The notes beneath the pieces are model-generated. The model had not been told where the DNA came from. It ran no database searches and saw nothing but the letters and a program-made list of their open reading frames with translations. A stretch of DNA of 58,311 nt, the filler included, from Trypethelium eluteriae (lineage: Eukaryota): assembly GCA_051942245.1 (NCBI GenBank). It is 3 parts of 3 records of this genome, joined end to end, with 100 filler letters (N's around TTAATTAATTAA, not from the genome) between each part and the next. Parts side by side here need not be neighbours in the genome. Positions count along the whole stretch, not along the records: positions 1 to 19,408 come from JAVECL010000529.1; positions 19,509 to 38,880 come from JAVECL010000530.1; 1 more part is not named here. The stretch is one strand, 5' to 3'. Shown piece after piece: positions 13,332 to 26,599 of this stretch (positions within the stretch are counted from its first letter, which is position 1; every line of letters begins with the position of its first letter). The position numbers and the translations under genes are program-made.

Positions 13332-14619
13332 ATGGCACCTATTGCAATTGATCCTGCTATCAAGGACGTTGTTGAGCCGAAGAAAGACACTCTCGGCCTA
13401 CCTGAGACCAGCCGTGCTCGCCTCGAAAAGGCTGGCGTGGATCTGTCCAATGGTTATCCTTACCGTCCACTGAAACCATTATACCTGGATGATGTGTACA
13501 ATGTACGCAACAAAGATCGCCCACATGTAGATCCCGGTTCGCGAGCAGACCCAAAAAAGAAGGCTCTCCTTTCTGCAGCAGAAAAGGTCATTGATTTGAC
13601 GGCTCATATTGGAACGGAAATTGTCGGCCTGCAACTGAAAGACTTGACAGACCAACAGAAAGACGAATTAGGGCTCCTGATAGCTGAGAGAAGTGTTGTG
13701 TTCTTCCGAGATCAAGACATTTCGCCTCAGCAGCAGAAAGAGCTTGGTGAATGGTATGGCGAGATCGAAATACATGTAAGCAAAGCCGCAGTATTTTCAT
13801 TGCTTTGGTAGAAGCTAAACCTGCCGCGAAAGCCACAAGTGCCACAGGTGCCAGGCGTTCCTGGAGTCACGGTGATTTGGCCCGCACTTCAGGCAACAGA
13901 AATGAAGGCAAACTTCCGAAACCCTGGTGGAGCATCCAGGTGGCATTCAGATCTCGTCCATGAAAGACAGCCAGCTGGAGTGACGCACTTACATAACGAT
14001 GTATGCTTCCAACCTGTTCATGAGTTGATAGGCGCGCTGACACGGACAGACTGTCCCATCGATTGGTGGAGATACTTTGTGGGCCAGCGGCTATGCAGCA
14101 TACGAGAAGCTTTCTCCAGAATTCCGGAAGATCATCGACGGTAGGAAAGCTGTGTACAGATCTGCTCATCCCTATCTTGACCGCGAAAATCCAAGTGCTG
14201 GTCCCAAATTCATTGAACGAACGCATCCTCTCGTAAGAGTACACCCAGCCACAGGTTGGAAGGCGCTTTGGGTCAATCGAGCCATGACTGTCAGAATCGA
14301 GGGGTTTGATAAAGCAGAAAGTGACGTGATATTGGGGTATCTTTACGATGTATACGAAAAGAACGTCGATATTCAGGTTCGTTTCAAATGGACACCACGA
14401 ACTTCGGCTCTCTGGGATAACAGGTAAGCAATAAGGCTCTGCACAACATTGAAAGCTGACGGAATAAGGATCACAATCCACAATGCTAGCTGGGACTACG
14501 AAGGGAACCAGCCAAGACACGGTACTCGCGTCACTGCTTTGGCCGAGAAGCCATATTTTGATGGGAATGCACCGACAAGGAGGCAAGCGCTTGGGCTTCT
14601 TGAGCCTGATGAATTGTGA
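13332..14619 (+). CDS. Alpha-ketoglutarate-dependent sulfonate/taurine dioxygenase (TauD/TfdA family)
   Basis: HIGTEIVGLQL, ERSVVFFRDQ, WHSDLVHE (HxD), GGDTLWAS, HPLVRVHP, WDNRITIH and final R motif. Three introns (about 13776, 14001, 14423). Stop TGA 14617-14619. Confidence 0.92.
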
Positions 14620-15217
14620 TGAGACATGTTCGCTAATTGGACAGATGAAATTGAATGAGATGCATGGTAGGGTGCAACACAATGGTCTTTTTGGGTGAAC
14701 ATTGGAAACGTTTCCGATCGCTTCGGCGGACGAAATCAAATAACTGACTAAGGAGGTGGCCGAAATATGATTGGCAGCCGGGAAAATGTCGGCTACCTCT
14801 GTTTCACCAAGCGGCAATGCCTGAATCTTCCGAGTAGACCTTACAGCGCTGATTTTCTTTCACGACTTGTTTTATTCAAATTACAACTCACTGACTGCAT
14901 GATACTTTGAACTTCGACTGAGCGCTGGTCTACCAGGCCTATCCACCGAAAGGTAGGGCGACTATGTTGCAATGTGGGTCAACCTGAGGTATTCTAGGCT
15001 TTACACAGCTCCAAATCCTGTAGTCCGCTATCATTAGATAAACCCTGCGGCAGGACATGCTGACTTTTGCAATTTCAGTTCAACTCCCCGATCGATTCGT
15101 TTTTGAGATGTAGGCAGTGGAAATGGTCATTTGAGACCAATGACCGACCTCTATGGGCCTCACACCTGTTCTTGCTCTTATCATATTTTCCCCTTCTTGC
15201 CCCGATTAAACATTAGT

Positions 15218-16164
15218 CTATGATGGTCCCGATCGGTAATGTTCCTGCATCTGGACCCCACCTGGGACAGTCATAACAGGATCTTCGCGCGCTCGTTGCG
15301 CAGGCACTGCCGGCACAAGTTCGCCCTTCTCTTTTAAATCCCTAATGATCTTCTCCGCGATCGCCTCTGCATCCTTGCGAGTTCGCCGCGAGTTTCGCGC
15401 ATGCGTGTCGCAGCAGGCCCAAACGAATAGCGCAAAATGGAGGAGCACAGCGATGGCCTGGCATGCAACAGCAGTATATTCAACGCCAACAAGGCGGTTC
15501 ATCAGATGCCAGAGCTGGTTAACATAGGCATCTTGCGCGGCGCAGGAGCTAAAGTCAGGATCACACTCTCGTTGGGTCGTGCTGCTGGGGTTATCGTAAT
15601 AGGGATCGTAGTAACTGGACGTGGCGTTGTAGACCCATGTGCCGTTGGGTGCTAGGTAATATTCGCCGCCATCAGGTTCGACGTCCTGAATGTAGCCACC
15701 GGTACCGAAGCCGGAGACGCTATATGCGGATACTGCAGCGAAGAGCGTCGTTACGATGAGGGCAAGCCAAAGGACCAGGTCGACGCCAACCGCGCTACCA
15801 GGGTGTATGGGGCGCTTACGTATGAGGAGTACCAGGATGCAGACCGCACTCCAAATAAAGGAGCAGGGAAGCTGGGATTGTTGTCAGCGCGTCCATTTTG
15901 CAACTCTGAACAGAGGTATCTTACGGTGATAAGACCCCACGGCAAAGCCCAAGAATCATCCTCAGAAAAATTGTAATCGTCAAATTGAGGTGAATGAGAA
16001 ACAGCCCAGGCAAGGCAGCCAATGCCAAGGATTGTGATCACGAGAAGGATGACACGGAGTCCGAATTTCCACGGCCAGAGCTTTTCTCCAGAAGACAATT
16101 TCTCGCGGTACGTTGGTGAATGTGTTTCATGCGCCTGGGTTTCGTTGCCCTCTGCTGCTTCCAT
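15218..16164 (-). CDS. Hypothetical 4-TM fungal membrane protein (MARVEL-like topology)
   Basis: Intron 15924-15872 joins the 16164 ORF to an open frame containing IHPGSAVGVDLVLWL and LHFALFVWACCDTH. Four hydrophobic segments. Confidence 0.75.
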
Positions 16165-17281
16165 TTTTCCCGAAATTGAAATAACGAGTGACTGTGCAAA
16201 GGGAAAATACTAAGAGATCTGTGAAATATTGAAAATCGAAAGACACGGTGGGCGCAATAAAGCCATGAATCGAAATTAATGTAGGCGGCAGCCCGGTCCT
16301 TTTGTGGTTGCGCCGAAAGCGCCATTCACGATGGGCACGTGATCGGATAAAGGGGTTGTGGTGGCTTCTGGCCTGCTCGACTCCACCAAAAATAGCACCT
16401 TCATGGCTGAGTGCGGGCAGGCCTGGGTTACTAATTAGTCGGCTACTCCGAATGAAATTAATGGCATGCAAAGTAAATGGTGTGTGCTCAGTAGCATCGC
16501 GGTAGCAAGTAAATCTTGGCGAAGCTAAAAGTGAACATCGACCCACCTTGGTTTAGGCTGCCTGTCTTGCTGTAAAACGATTCCATATTCGTGGGATCAG
16601 TCAACGCCTATAAAGATTGGAGAACCTGTATCTGACGCCGGTCGGCAGCAAGAGTCGAAGAAGGAAATGTCTTTCTTGGAATCCACACGAGAACCATTTC
16701 AGCTTCTGCCAGGCGCGAACGCCGCGTGTTCAAATCAAGTTTTCGCGACTTTGCCGCAAACTTGGTCAAGTTGGATATTATGACAGAATGCCCGCTTCAG
16801 CCTCGATCTCACGGCTGCAGATCCATGGTTGCCGAAGGGAAGCTCATCATGTTTGAATGTGAAAAGTCACGATCCAAGCGAGACGATATCTCTTCGCCGA
16901 GAGGGTAGTTTTGTAGCCGGCAATGTATGGAGTACAGTCCGGAGTAGTCGGATTATTGGTGACCAAGGACTAGGCGCTAATAACTAACCAAAAAGCACCA
17001 ATGGCGGCTGGTACTACGTGCAGATCCTGGTTGATTACTGGCTAGTTTTGGTGCTTCGTAATACGGGATTGCGTAGGAGTAAGAGGTAAACGGCGGGAGT
17101 GGCTGCACTGGCGTCTGGACCCGGCTACACCTTTTCCCAGTCCTGCCAGTTCAAAAGACTGAAAGCAGCTTTCCTGGGTAATCACATTTTCTACCCCATG
17201 AAATTCTTTCCCATGCCGCCAAATCAATCCCTCATTCTCGAGCAGCGTCGGAGGTGACGAGCCTGCAATTGATTTATTGCA

Positions 17282-19408
17282 ATGGACGCGGGAGACCGAA
17301 CCAGGGATTTTGCACATGAAAACAACGGATTATCACCACCAACCGACAACACTCCTGCCCGCCAACCCTCACCGGTGCCCTCTACTCCCTCCTACGGAAC
17401 CAGCACATTACTTAGACCCGACCAACAGCTCAGACCTACTCTACGACCACAAACTTCACGTCCTAGCATCAGGATATCGCGTATCCCCTCTGCTCAGAAT
17501 CTACCTCGAGCACGCGTCCAGCCGGCAGCTGCCGCAACCAATTTCAATGATCCAATTGCACAAACAGGGAGACGGAGGAGTAGTTCAGATCCGCAAAGAA
17601 CGTCATGGCCCCCGAGACTCGACGATGGGCTCACTCGCTCGGCGACAAGAACATCCTACATGGAGCCGGTCCAGGAGGAATCTTCGCGTGGTACAAGACA
17701 AGAAGCCTCAAGGGCTGAGCCAACCACCCCATCTATTGCTGGACTTTCTCCACCCACAGCAGACGCTTCAAGCCCGGCGTCAATGCCCTCTCCAAACATG
17801 CTTCGGCGAGCCAGTGCTGCAGTTGGATCAGCAATAGGTTTTGGTGCCAAGCGCAATTCGACTACAACCGACATTTCAGAGACGCCCGCCGTTGCGCCGA
17901 ACAATGAGTATGAATCGCAGTTGGTAGACATTCTAGATGTCGTAGGTACGTGCGATTCCAACAGTCGTCATTCCTTGGAGCAACTTTTGCTGACTCACAT
18001 CAGATCCTGAAGTATCAACCCTTTCCACTCTCACAAATGTACAAAACTCTCTTTTTATTCCCGATCTCGGCCCATTATTTAACAGAAGACCGACCTATAC
18101 TCTCTCGCGGCGGCCAACCGATAGCCAACCTCCAGCGGGACCACCACCTGTCCGGCCTCCGACGATCCATGAAATCGACACAACCAGCACAGGCGAGAAG
18201 GCTGAGTCCCCGACCTCAGAGACAGGCGGAGAAAAGCCATCCATGACACGCTCGAATACTCTGAGTACCATCACGTCGACAGTCAGCGAAAGTCGATATG
18301 CCGTTAAGCCAGAAAATTTCTCGTTCGAGGGTTGGTCCGCTGAGGACAAGGCGGAGATTAATGATCATGTCCGCCACCAGATGCATTCACGAAGATCGAA
18401 ATTCAAGAGAGGGTGGAGAGGGTTCAAGCAATATGTTCGGAAACCACTTGGCCTTTTTGTTACAGTATATGCAACTTTAATTACGCTTTTCGGTCTTGCT
18501 TGGGTACTCTTTCTAATTGGTAAGCCCTGCACCACATCCATTCGAGGCAACAATTTTTATCACTTGCGAGTCGAAGCACGATGCTGATCGGAACTAGGCT
18601 GGATCAATGTTGGAGGCCGAAGAGATTACATCATAAACGTGATAGATAACGTCCTGGTAGCCCTGTTTGCCATCATCGGAGATGGACTGGCTCCCTTTCG
18701 GGCGGTTGACACTTACCATATGGCCTTCATAGCGCATTATCATCATCTTACTTGGCGGCTACGAAATGAAAAAGCCCTCCCAAAATTGCACGATCATAAC
18801 GACCTTCCCTCCCTCCGCCCCACAAATTTCGACATTGAAGCTTCTGCCGACCCAGCCACTATTGCCGCGGAAGCCGAAGAAAAAGAAGAAATGACTGTGC
18901 TGACCCCAAAACAGCAACAAAAGCTGCAGCACCACCAGGACAAATTCTCCAAATCCCACACCTTCTACAAGCCGCACGAGACCGAAACCCACCACGCCTT
19001 CCCACTGCGCCTCCTCGTCGCCGTCGTCGTGCTGCTCGACTGCCACTCCCTACTGCAGATCGCCCTGGGCACCTGCACCTGGAGCATCAGCTACCACGTG
19101 CGGCCCTTCGCGCTCACCACCGTCATTCTCTGCTGCTCCATCACGTGCAACATCACCGCGGGCATCGTCATCTCCATCGGCGACCGCATGACCCGCAAGA
19201 AGGACGTCATCGAGCGCATGTTCCGCCAGGAGCTCACCGAGCACGCCATCAAGAAGCTCGAGAAGCGCAAGGAGAAGGAGAAGCAGCGGAATCGCGAGCT
19301 CGATCGCTCCGCCCTGCCGACCACCGTGCATGAGGAGTCCGAGCCGGGCTCGCCGAGTGAGAGACATCGGGGGGATCCGATGGAGAGGGCGGGGACGAGG
19401 AAGAAGGG
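17282..19408 (+). CDS. Integral membrane protein (DUF2985-like); 3' end lost in the assembly gap
   Basis: Three exons (introns about 17947-18003 and 18520-18597). Conserved DPEVSTLSTLTNVQNSLFIPDLG, YATLITLFGLAWVLFLIGWI, IDNVLVALFAIIGDGLAPFRAVDTYHM and FYKPHETETHHAFP. Confidence 0.78.
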
Positions 19409-19508
19409 NNNNNNNNNNNNNNNNNNNNNNNNNNNNNNNNNNNNNNNNNNNNTTAATTAATTAANNNNNNNNNNNNNNNNNNNNNNNNNNNNNNNNNNNN
19501 NNNNNNNN
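19409..19508. other. Assembly gap with artificial six-frame-stop spacer
   Basis: 44 N + TTAATTAATTAA (19453-19464) + 44 N; identical layout at 38881-38980. Confidence 0.97.
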
Positions 19509-21956
19509 CAATCGACGCGCGCGAACCATCACCACCACCACCACCTTAATGTGACGAGGCAAGCCTCACGGGGCGGAAAGTCTAGGCAGAAACACGAGAG
19601 GGCAGCGCCTTACGAAACATACCTTACCTTACCTTATAGTCTATGGCAGTTATACTAGCGAACAAGCAGCCAACCCCATCCCAAGCGCCGGCCGAGCGAC
19701 ACAGGGACAGGGCGCCTCGGGCGTCAAGGCTTGGAAGGCGGGAACCAAGGCTGAAGCGCTCGAATGGGTCCGCAGAGCCGCCATGTTCGCTCCTACTCCT
19801 GCCAATCGCTGCGCGTACCAGCCGCTGCAGTTGTGGTTTGATTGCTTTCGAACTTACAGCCGCAGCAGCAGCAAGCACGGCGGCGGGCGGAAGGATCGCT
19901 GGGTTCCTCTGGGTTGGGAAGTGCATTAGGTACCTACTGTAGTCGCGATCCCGAACTGCAAGGTACGAGATGTGGAAGGGGTGGAAAAAACCCGGTTTGG
20001 TGTCTGCGCGGCCGAAGAAGAAAGGCAGCTGCAGGGCGTAGATTGGTTTTACCGCCTGCCCGAAAGGAATGCGAGGCACGGGACATAGTGGACATGGCTG
20101 AAGGATGGGATGGACGTACTTAGTGAAGGATTGTCTGTAAGGGGCAGCAAAAGAGAGAGGCACAGAGTGAAAGGCAATCACTAAGCTAGAAGGCAGCCAC
20201 GCTTCTGCAGGAGATGGGAAAGTAAGTGAGGCCCGAGCTCGGCCGACCCCAGCAAAAGGTCCAAGTTGGAGGACCGGTTGCCTTGATGCCTTCCTTCGCG
20301 ATGCTCGTGGGCAGGCACAGATTATGCATGTCAATCAGCTTGCTTACCCGCCCGCACGCCGTCTCCGATTATTGGCGGGTGCACCGGAAGTGCAAACGGC
20401 GCCATTATGCATGTGCGACATGTCGTTGGCTTACTTTTCGTCTTTTCGAAGCCTTCTAGAGGATGTGATTGCAGGGCTTGGTTGGATTACTTTGTCGTAG
20501 TGGTCAGCTGCGGCGTAAGGCTGAGGGTGTGAAGACAGCTCGACGTCCTCCGAAGAGGGTTGCCTAGAAATATGATTCTTTCTCTTTTTTCCGATGGGGT
20601 GATGGATGCTTTCGGTGATTGCAGCAAATCAATCAGGAGGCCCGGCCGTTTGCCAGATCGAGGGGCGAACCGTCGAAATGGGGTACCAGAATCGAAACAC
20701 CACGACCTCATCGTGACCTTTGACCTTCTTGCTGACGCAATATTGATGAAAGCTTTCCCCAATCATCCTGCAACACCCCTCTCCGTGCGGAGTACTATAT
20801 GTACCTAATGTAACCCCACGTTCGCTGGATATCCAGCCGCGATAACCCATCTGACCTAACGCGGCCGTATCTGCGACCCATCTGCTGTTGGCTAGCCCCA
20901 TGAGCCGCCGCGCATCCTGTCATTGTTGGAACGTGCGAAGTACTTCCGGTTCAACGGCCGTCGTAGCCCCCTCCTCTCATTGCTTCTTCCGAGTTAGTGT
21001 GTGAGGTCCGAAGATCAGGAGATGATGTCGTAGATATATGCTTATTCCGGGAAAAGAAAAGTACAGATTCTGAAACAGCTGTTTCCGCGGGGCGATCGAA
21101 GGGATATTATTAAGACATTTGATGTCTTGGCACGGTATGATGTACCTCTGCTATGACCACAACCAGGCGGGGTACTTACGGTGCCTACCCTACCTTACTT
21201 TATCGATGGAATGCAGTGAGGTGTGTGCCATCCTTGCCAGCGCTTCATCTTGCTTGATCGGCTGACACCCGATTGACGAAGGCTGGTTGGCAATATCCCA
21301 AGAAAGGTAAGCAGGCGGAGTGAGGGGTTTGGAACTTCACATGTTGGCTTTCCCTAAGGGCGGGTAAGTTGGAGATCGGTGTTAGGACTTGACAGGCAGA
21401 AGAGCGCGTGGCGCACCTTGAGACTTGCGTGGTGGAGGCGAATAGGTGGCGACCGACCGACACATCATAGTTCACGGACGACAGGAAGGCGATGAAGTGA
21501 TGATTTGCTTGCGCATTATTTAGATTTATATACTATCGACTAAAAAACTGTATCAAGTGACTAAAAGCATTGGGTATAGATAACTTTTGTTCCCAGTAAG
21601 CCGACCGACCAGTGAATGGAAAAGAAATGACTAGAAAGACCCGAAAAACCCATCTAAATAGTAAAATTCCATTGGCAAACCACCGAGCATAACGCCGTCA
21701 CAGAACACTCTTTGTCTGTGTCAATGCTCCTGCGATGTCCGAATACTACTGGTACAACCGGAAGTCCGGTGAATAAGGAGTAAAAGATGCGCGAGCAATA
21801 AGAAAGCGCAGAGTGGTATCATCAAAGCAAGCAATGCAGTGGCAAGTGACTGTGACTCTGAGAAATGTCCAATGTAAAGTCAGAAATGCTTATCGAAGCG
21901 ATGATTCGCGGATTTGAAAGGAGATAGCCTCCCAGTAGCGCCGAAACATATGACTC

Positions 21957-23138
21957 TTACGCTGACGGATGTCGTAAGATCTCCTCGCAGTTGGCATCAA
22001 ATCGCATACTCCACAACCGCATGCCTGTCATCAACTTCTCCGTGTTCTCAAGCTGTCTATCACGGCCGAAGATGGAGTCGACGAACTCCGTCCCGCTGTT
22101 CTTGCCCATCTGGACATTCCGTTTGTCGGGACTGTTTTTCTTCGCCGCCTTCCACATGTAGTTCTCACACACTTTGAGTAATTTGCCAAAACGCTCCCAG
22201 AGGCGTTCGCCACTGTCCAGGAATTCTTCGACCATCTCCCGGTTTTCATGCGATCGTACGCGCGGCATGCACTCCTCGGCTCGCTTGACTTTGCCTGCTA
22301 GTTGGATGAGAAGCAGCCAGAGTTCGCCCGCCATTTCAGACATGGGAGTACCAGGCCCGTGATGGAAGACTGTCCAATCATATATCCACTTGCCAAGGGA
22401 ATTCGCATCGAAGACTGAGCCTAATAGCATGATTGGTTCCTCGGTGGGATCCCAGTTTTTGTATGAGTAACCGGCTGGAATCCCTGCTCGGCGTGCGTCA
22501 TCCTCTGTTGCCTTGCGTGGCGTCGGCACTGTGGGCTTCGCTGGCTTTGGTGGTGGCGGGCGAGTTCCATGAGATGCTCGGCGGGCGCGCGACCGATGTG
22601 CTGTTGCTGGATCTGTTTCTGTATAGACGGGAACCTGGTCGTAGAAAGCCTTGCGATCAGCTTTCTCATATCTTTGATATTGTTGATTTTGGTCGTAGGG
22701 CGGCGGCGCGTCATAGTAGACGTAATCCCCATCATCAATAATAACATTGTACATCTGTTCCGATCGCGAACTGCGCTGGTGTTTGCTTGTCGACGAACGT
22801 CGCTTGTCGCCATCGGCGTACGCATAGCGTTTCGTTTTCGTGCTTCGAGTACGAACTGGTTCACTTACGAAATCGGATTTGCGCTGTGGAGGCGTCTGAG
22901 CAGAGGCATAATAGCCCTGCGGATAGGAATACGAGTACTGTGCTGTTCCTCCTCTTGGAGAAGCATAGTAGCCATAATCCTGACTTGCTCCACGGGCGTG
23001 AACCTTTGGCGACGGTCGCGGCGACGGCGTCGAGTGACGAGGGGAGTAATAGCCGTAAGAAGCACCTTGTGGAGACATTGGAGGTGATCTACGGTAGTCG
23101 TGAAAGTATCCTGGTGGTGGATGTGGATACTGGTACAT
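21957..23138 (-). CDS. Conserved Pezizomycotina protein (family often auto-annotated 'vegetative cell wall protein gp1'-like); function unknown
   Basis: 393-aa single ORF. Y/P/S-rich N-terminus and conserved C-domain ATEDDARRAGIPAGYS.KNWDPTEEPIMLLGSVFDANSLGKWIYDWTV..GMRLWSMRFDANCEEIL. Confidence 0.85.
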   Translation of the reverse strand: MYQYPHPPPGYFHDYRRSPPMSPQGASYGYYSPRHSTPSPRPSPKVHARGASQDYGYYASPRGGTAQYSYSYPQGYYASAQTPPQRKSDFVSEPVRTRSTKTKRYAYADGDKRRSSTSKHQRSSRSEQMYNVIIDDGDYVYYDAPPPYDQNQQYQRYEKADRKAFYDQVPVYTETDPATAHRSRARRASHGTRPPPPKPAKPTVPTPRKATEDDARRAGIPAGYSYKNWDPTEEPIMLLGSVFDANSLGKWIYDWTVFHHGPGTPMSEMAGELWLLLIQLAGKVKRAEECMPRVRSHENREMVEEFLDSGERLWERFGKLLKVCENYMWKAAKKNSPDKRNVQMGKNSGTEFVDSIFGRDRQLENTEKLMTGMRLWSMRFDANCEEILRHPSA

Positions 23139-26100
23139 CGCGAGAGCCGGCGACCAGAGTCGCCCACCGCGCGAAGGGAGAAATGGTGAAGAAGTTCAAT
23201 ATCAGATCAGAATAGAAAAAGTAGAAGAGTTGAGAGATCCAAGGGGCCCGTCACCGGGGGTTGTGCTGAGGTGGAGGAGGGAAGGAAGGCGCCCGGATCG
23301 ATCTTTGGTACATTTGATAAATTGAATTCCTAGTTCGTGACTAAGAATTTGAAAGAGGTCTACAGCGCTTGGCTTAGACCAGAGAAGGTGGAAGAATGAA
23401 GTGCAATGCGTTTGTAAGCCGACGTCTCGCTGCAGCAGCAGAAATGGTAGGAAATCAGAGGTGGTTGGGGAGGGGGGAGGTGGTAGTCTTTATTCCGCAG
23501 ATCCGGCTGGCAGTGCGTGCCATGGGCCGCGGCCCTCCCTGGACATGGCAGCCAAGGGATGAAGAGAGGGGCGCTGGGGGCAAGCAGTGCCTCGAGTCAG
23601 CATGCGGCATACAAGCGTCCAGCCTACCGCGCCGACGTAACAAATCCTGACCCTGAAAGCCGATTTTGGCGCATTTCCATAACATGGCTTTTTCTACGCT
23701 GTGGCCACCATCTCCGTGCTCCCACCAAGCGAGATTATGCACACACAGCTCTGCTCACTCTCTCCTTACCAGAATTTTCTGCCTACATGCTACACCGGAC
23801 GTCATTTCCTGTTTACCTCCGCCATCTATGAGTCGCGTGCCGTCCCACCCTGCTTTGGGCTTTGTCCGGCTCCCATTCGTTCCGCGTTTCGTGCTGGGGT
23901 CTTCGCGATGCTTCTCGGCCGCTCTCGTAAGCCCTGGCCGAATCTTCTCCCAACACTTTTCCAGCATGAATTGCTCAGCTTTGCGGTCAGTCAGCTCGTT
24001 GCATAGATGCAGTGCCGGCCTACGGTCAAGAATGCACCATCGTCATTCGTGACAGTGGTGGGCGCGCAGCTGGAAGTCGACTGCCCGACACAGTAGTGGG
24101 AGTGCTGTGCACCAAGCAATTGCTGCGACGAGATGTATCATGCGGTCCGTTCACGCGGCGCAGGGATCTGGTTTTGCGCCATGCTGGGGTGGCGAGCGAA
24201 TAGGAGTATTCCAGCGGAAGCTTGGCCGCAACCGGCCTAGAGCGGTGATACTGAACGGGATGCTGCATATCCATAGAACGGCGCGCACTCACCATGGGGG
24301 TGATGGGGCAGACAGACCAACGGCCCCGAGGTTCTATCTCTAGCGCATGTGTATTGCGGTGATGGCTTGGAGGAAGGCTGGCACACCCACTGGATTGTTC
24401 TTTGGGGGCTTCTCTGGTAGCTGCAGGCCACCAAGCCCTCTACCGGTGTAGTGACGGGAAGCGACATGCTGGCCAAGTACCGCTACCTCTGGTACGGAGG
24501 CTGTCCTCGCCAGCTTGTTTTCGAAACACAGGCACAACGGCATCAAATCACTTTCTCGTTTTCTGCCGTGCCACCAGGCCATCTTCAGGACCCCGGTCGG
24601 AGCAAATTCGATTCCGTCGCACAATCAGAGCCTCATTTCATCAACCGTGCCCCGTCCCCTGCTTCACGTTATTGGATCATCTCTTCCCCTGATCAGCCTC
24701 AATATACTTTGGCTAGAACCGGATGCTTGGGCCGGACTAAGTCTTCGCTCGACTGCCCAAGCGGATTTTGCTTGCGGATGGCAGATTCAGAGAGCCCAAT
24801 CGCCTGCGTTCAACCGTTCGTCCAGAACAGCCGACGTATACGTAGTGTCTCTCGCAAGGTGACGCGAGCTTGCTGCATGACTTTGGACAACTCATGCTCC
24901 GCGTACTTTCATGTTGTCTCATCCCACTCTATTGGACTCTTGTACCCTGTCACATGAAGCGGTAAGTATTAGCCGTGCCTCTTGATTGGTACATTAAACG
25001 ACCGGCGTGGGTCTATTTTATATCGTCTTCCATCGTTTTGTTGACACCTCACGCACGCAGCCCAAATGGAAAAAATTTTTATTCACCAACATTGCGGATG
25101 TGAGGGAAGACCTGCGATTTGGTCCAAGAGGTGGACTTTGCAGGGGCCGACGCAACGCAAGTGCTGTGTCTCTCTTGCTTCCGCTGCAAGAGCAATCCTG
25201 AAAAGTGCCTAGTCTTCGATCCGATCCAAGGCCATGGTTGTGGCTGCATGGGTTGACGGATGCATTTACGACTGGTGAGCATGGTGGGCATTTTGGGTAG
25301 CGCAAAGGCCAGCACATCATGTTCGTCAGACGGCCCGTGTGTACGACTAGATCAACATTACGTGCCATGGCTCGAGACTTTCTACTCCACCCGTCTGGTT
25401 CATGGGAATCATGTACGATGGATCATTTCTTTACAGTTGTGACAGATTGATGGTGAAACCGATCGCAGCCTCTTACAGGCGGTGATCTACGGCACTTCAC
25501 AACAAAACAGGCTTCGTCCAAATATACAAGGTGAGGGAGTACAAAGTCCTACAGTGCGTCGACTAAAATGTCTCATGTTGTACTTTGATGGCGTCTCAAT
25601 GTGGATTTTCGCTTTCGTACGTTATCAAGCAAAGAACAATAGCTGTGCGTTTCATTGGAAGAGTACGATACTGGCTGTTCCATTTGCATCAGGTCTGCAA
25701 CACGATCTCGAATTTTCGTGGATTCGCAACGTCGTACCTTAGGTCCCGACCTGACTTTCAGCTCTGATGAGCTTTACTCGGGAGATGCTGCGCTTAACCG
25801 CACGTAACATGGACTTCTACCACATGATGTCGCTCTGCAGCTCGCCTCTTCAGTATCCATCATTGGGCGCATCCTCGTGACCAGCAACCATTTCCAATCA
25901 TGCGTGTTTCTGGCCAACCTGGAACCCTCTCCTATATTGCTGCTGTGTAACTTCTCTCCATACCGTCGGGGTAAGTCCGCTTTAGGTTCTTCTTCTTTCC
26001 TCGCGCCCAGTTTCCGATTAAGCGGATGCTCGGTTTCGAGTCCAACGCCACGCGCCACCTGAACTGGAACTGGTCAAAGCGAAGAAGAATTGGATATTTC

Positions 26101-26599
26101 AAGAGAGTGGGTCGCTGTCCGTTTGCGGTTTCTGGCTTGATCAAGGGTGCTGGCATAAAAGCCATACTTGTGACGTAGGTTCGCATACAAGCACCATGAT
26201 TTATCGTTTATGAGAGGCGCACAACGTCGGGCTTACTCACGACAAGCAATTGTCCGTGTCTCAGATTATCCAAGAAACCTCTGGTCCTGTTTGAAACAAA
26301 GGCCTCCACAGCATATTGTACCCAGGCTCGCGCAAGCATCGCGAGCAACCCAGGCAATCTTCGTCCTATATACGGTGCGAGCTCGCTTGACGAAGATATC
26401 TGGTTGCAGAGATCTTCAGGTACGATCAGGTTTCGGTCACGATGCAACATCCATCTAGAGTATTAGATTCTTACTGCCCAATACCGATTGCCAGCAAACA
26501 TGGGCTTCGAACCCCTGTATCTCCTGCTGTAGCAGATGCACGATTATCCACTTACGGAGCATACTGCCTTTTAAGCTGAACAAACCACATTTGCAGCAC

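Noticed and set aside
13867..14817. 316-aa minus-strand ORF
   Set aside because: Antisense to TauD, with no motifs.
19453..19464. TTAATTAATTAA palindrome in both gaps
   Set aside because: Artificial contig-joining linker, not biological. It also means adjacency across the gaps is not guaranteed.
19624..20334. 236-aa minus-strand ORF
   Set aside because: No domain and no coding-like composition; probably spurious.
26492..26568. tRNA-like stretch on the minus strand (GGGGTTCGAAGCCC T-arm-like motif, AAGTGG)
   Set aside because: The acceptor stem pairs poorly and there is no 7-nt anticodon loop. At best a chance B-box; tRNAscan-SE would settle it.
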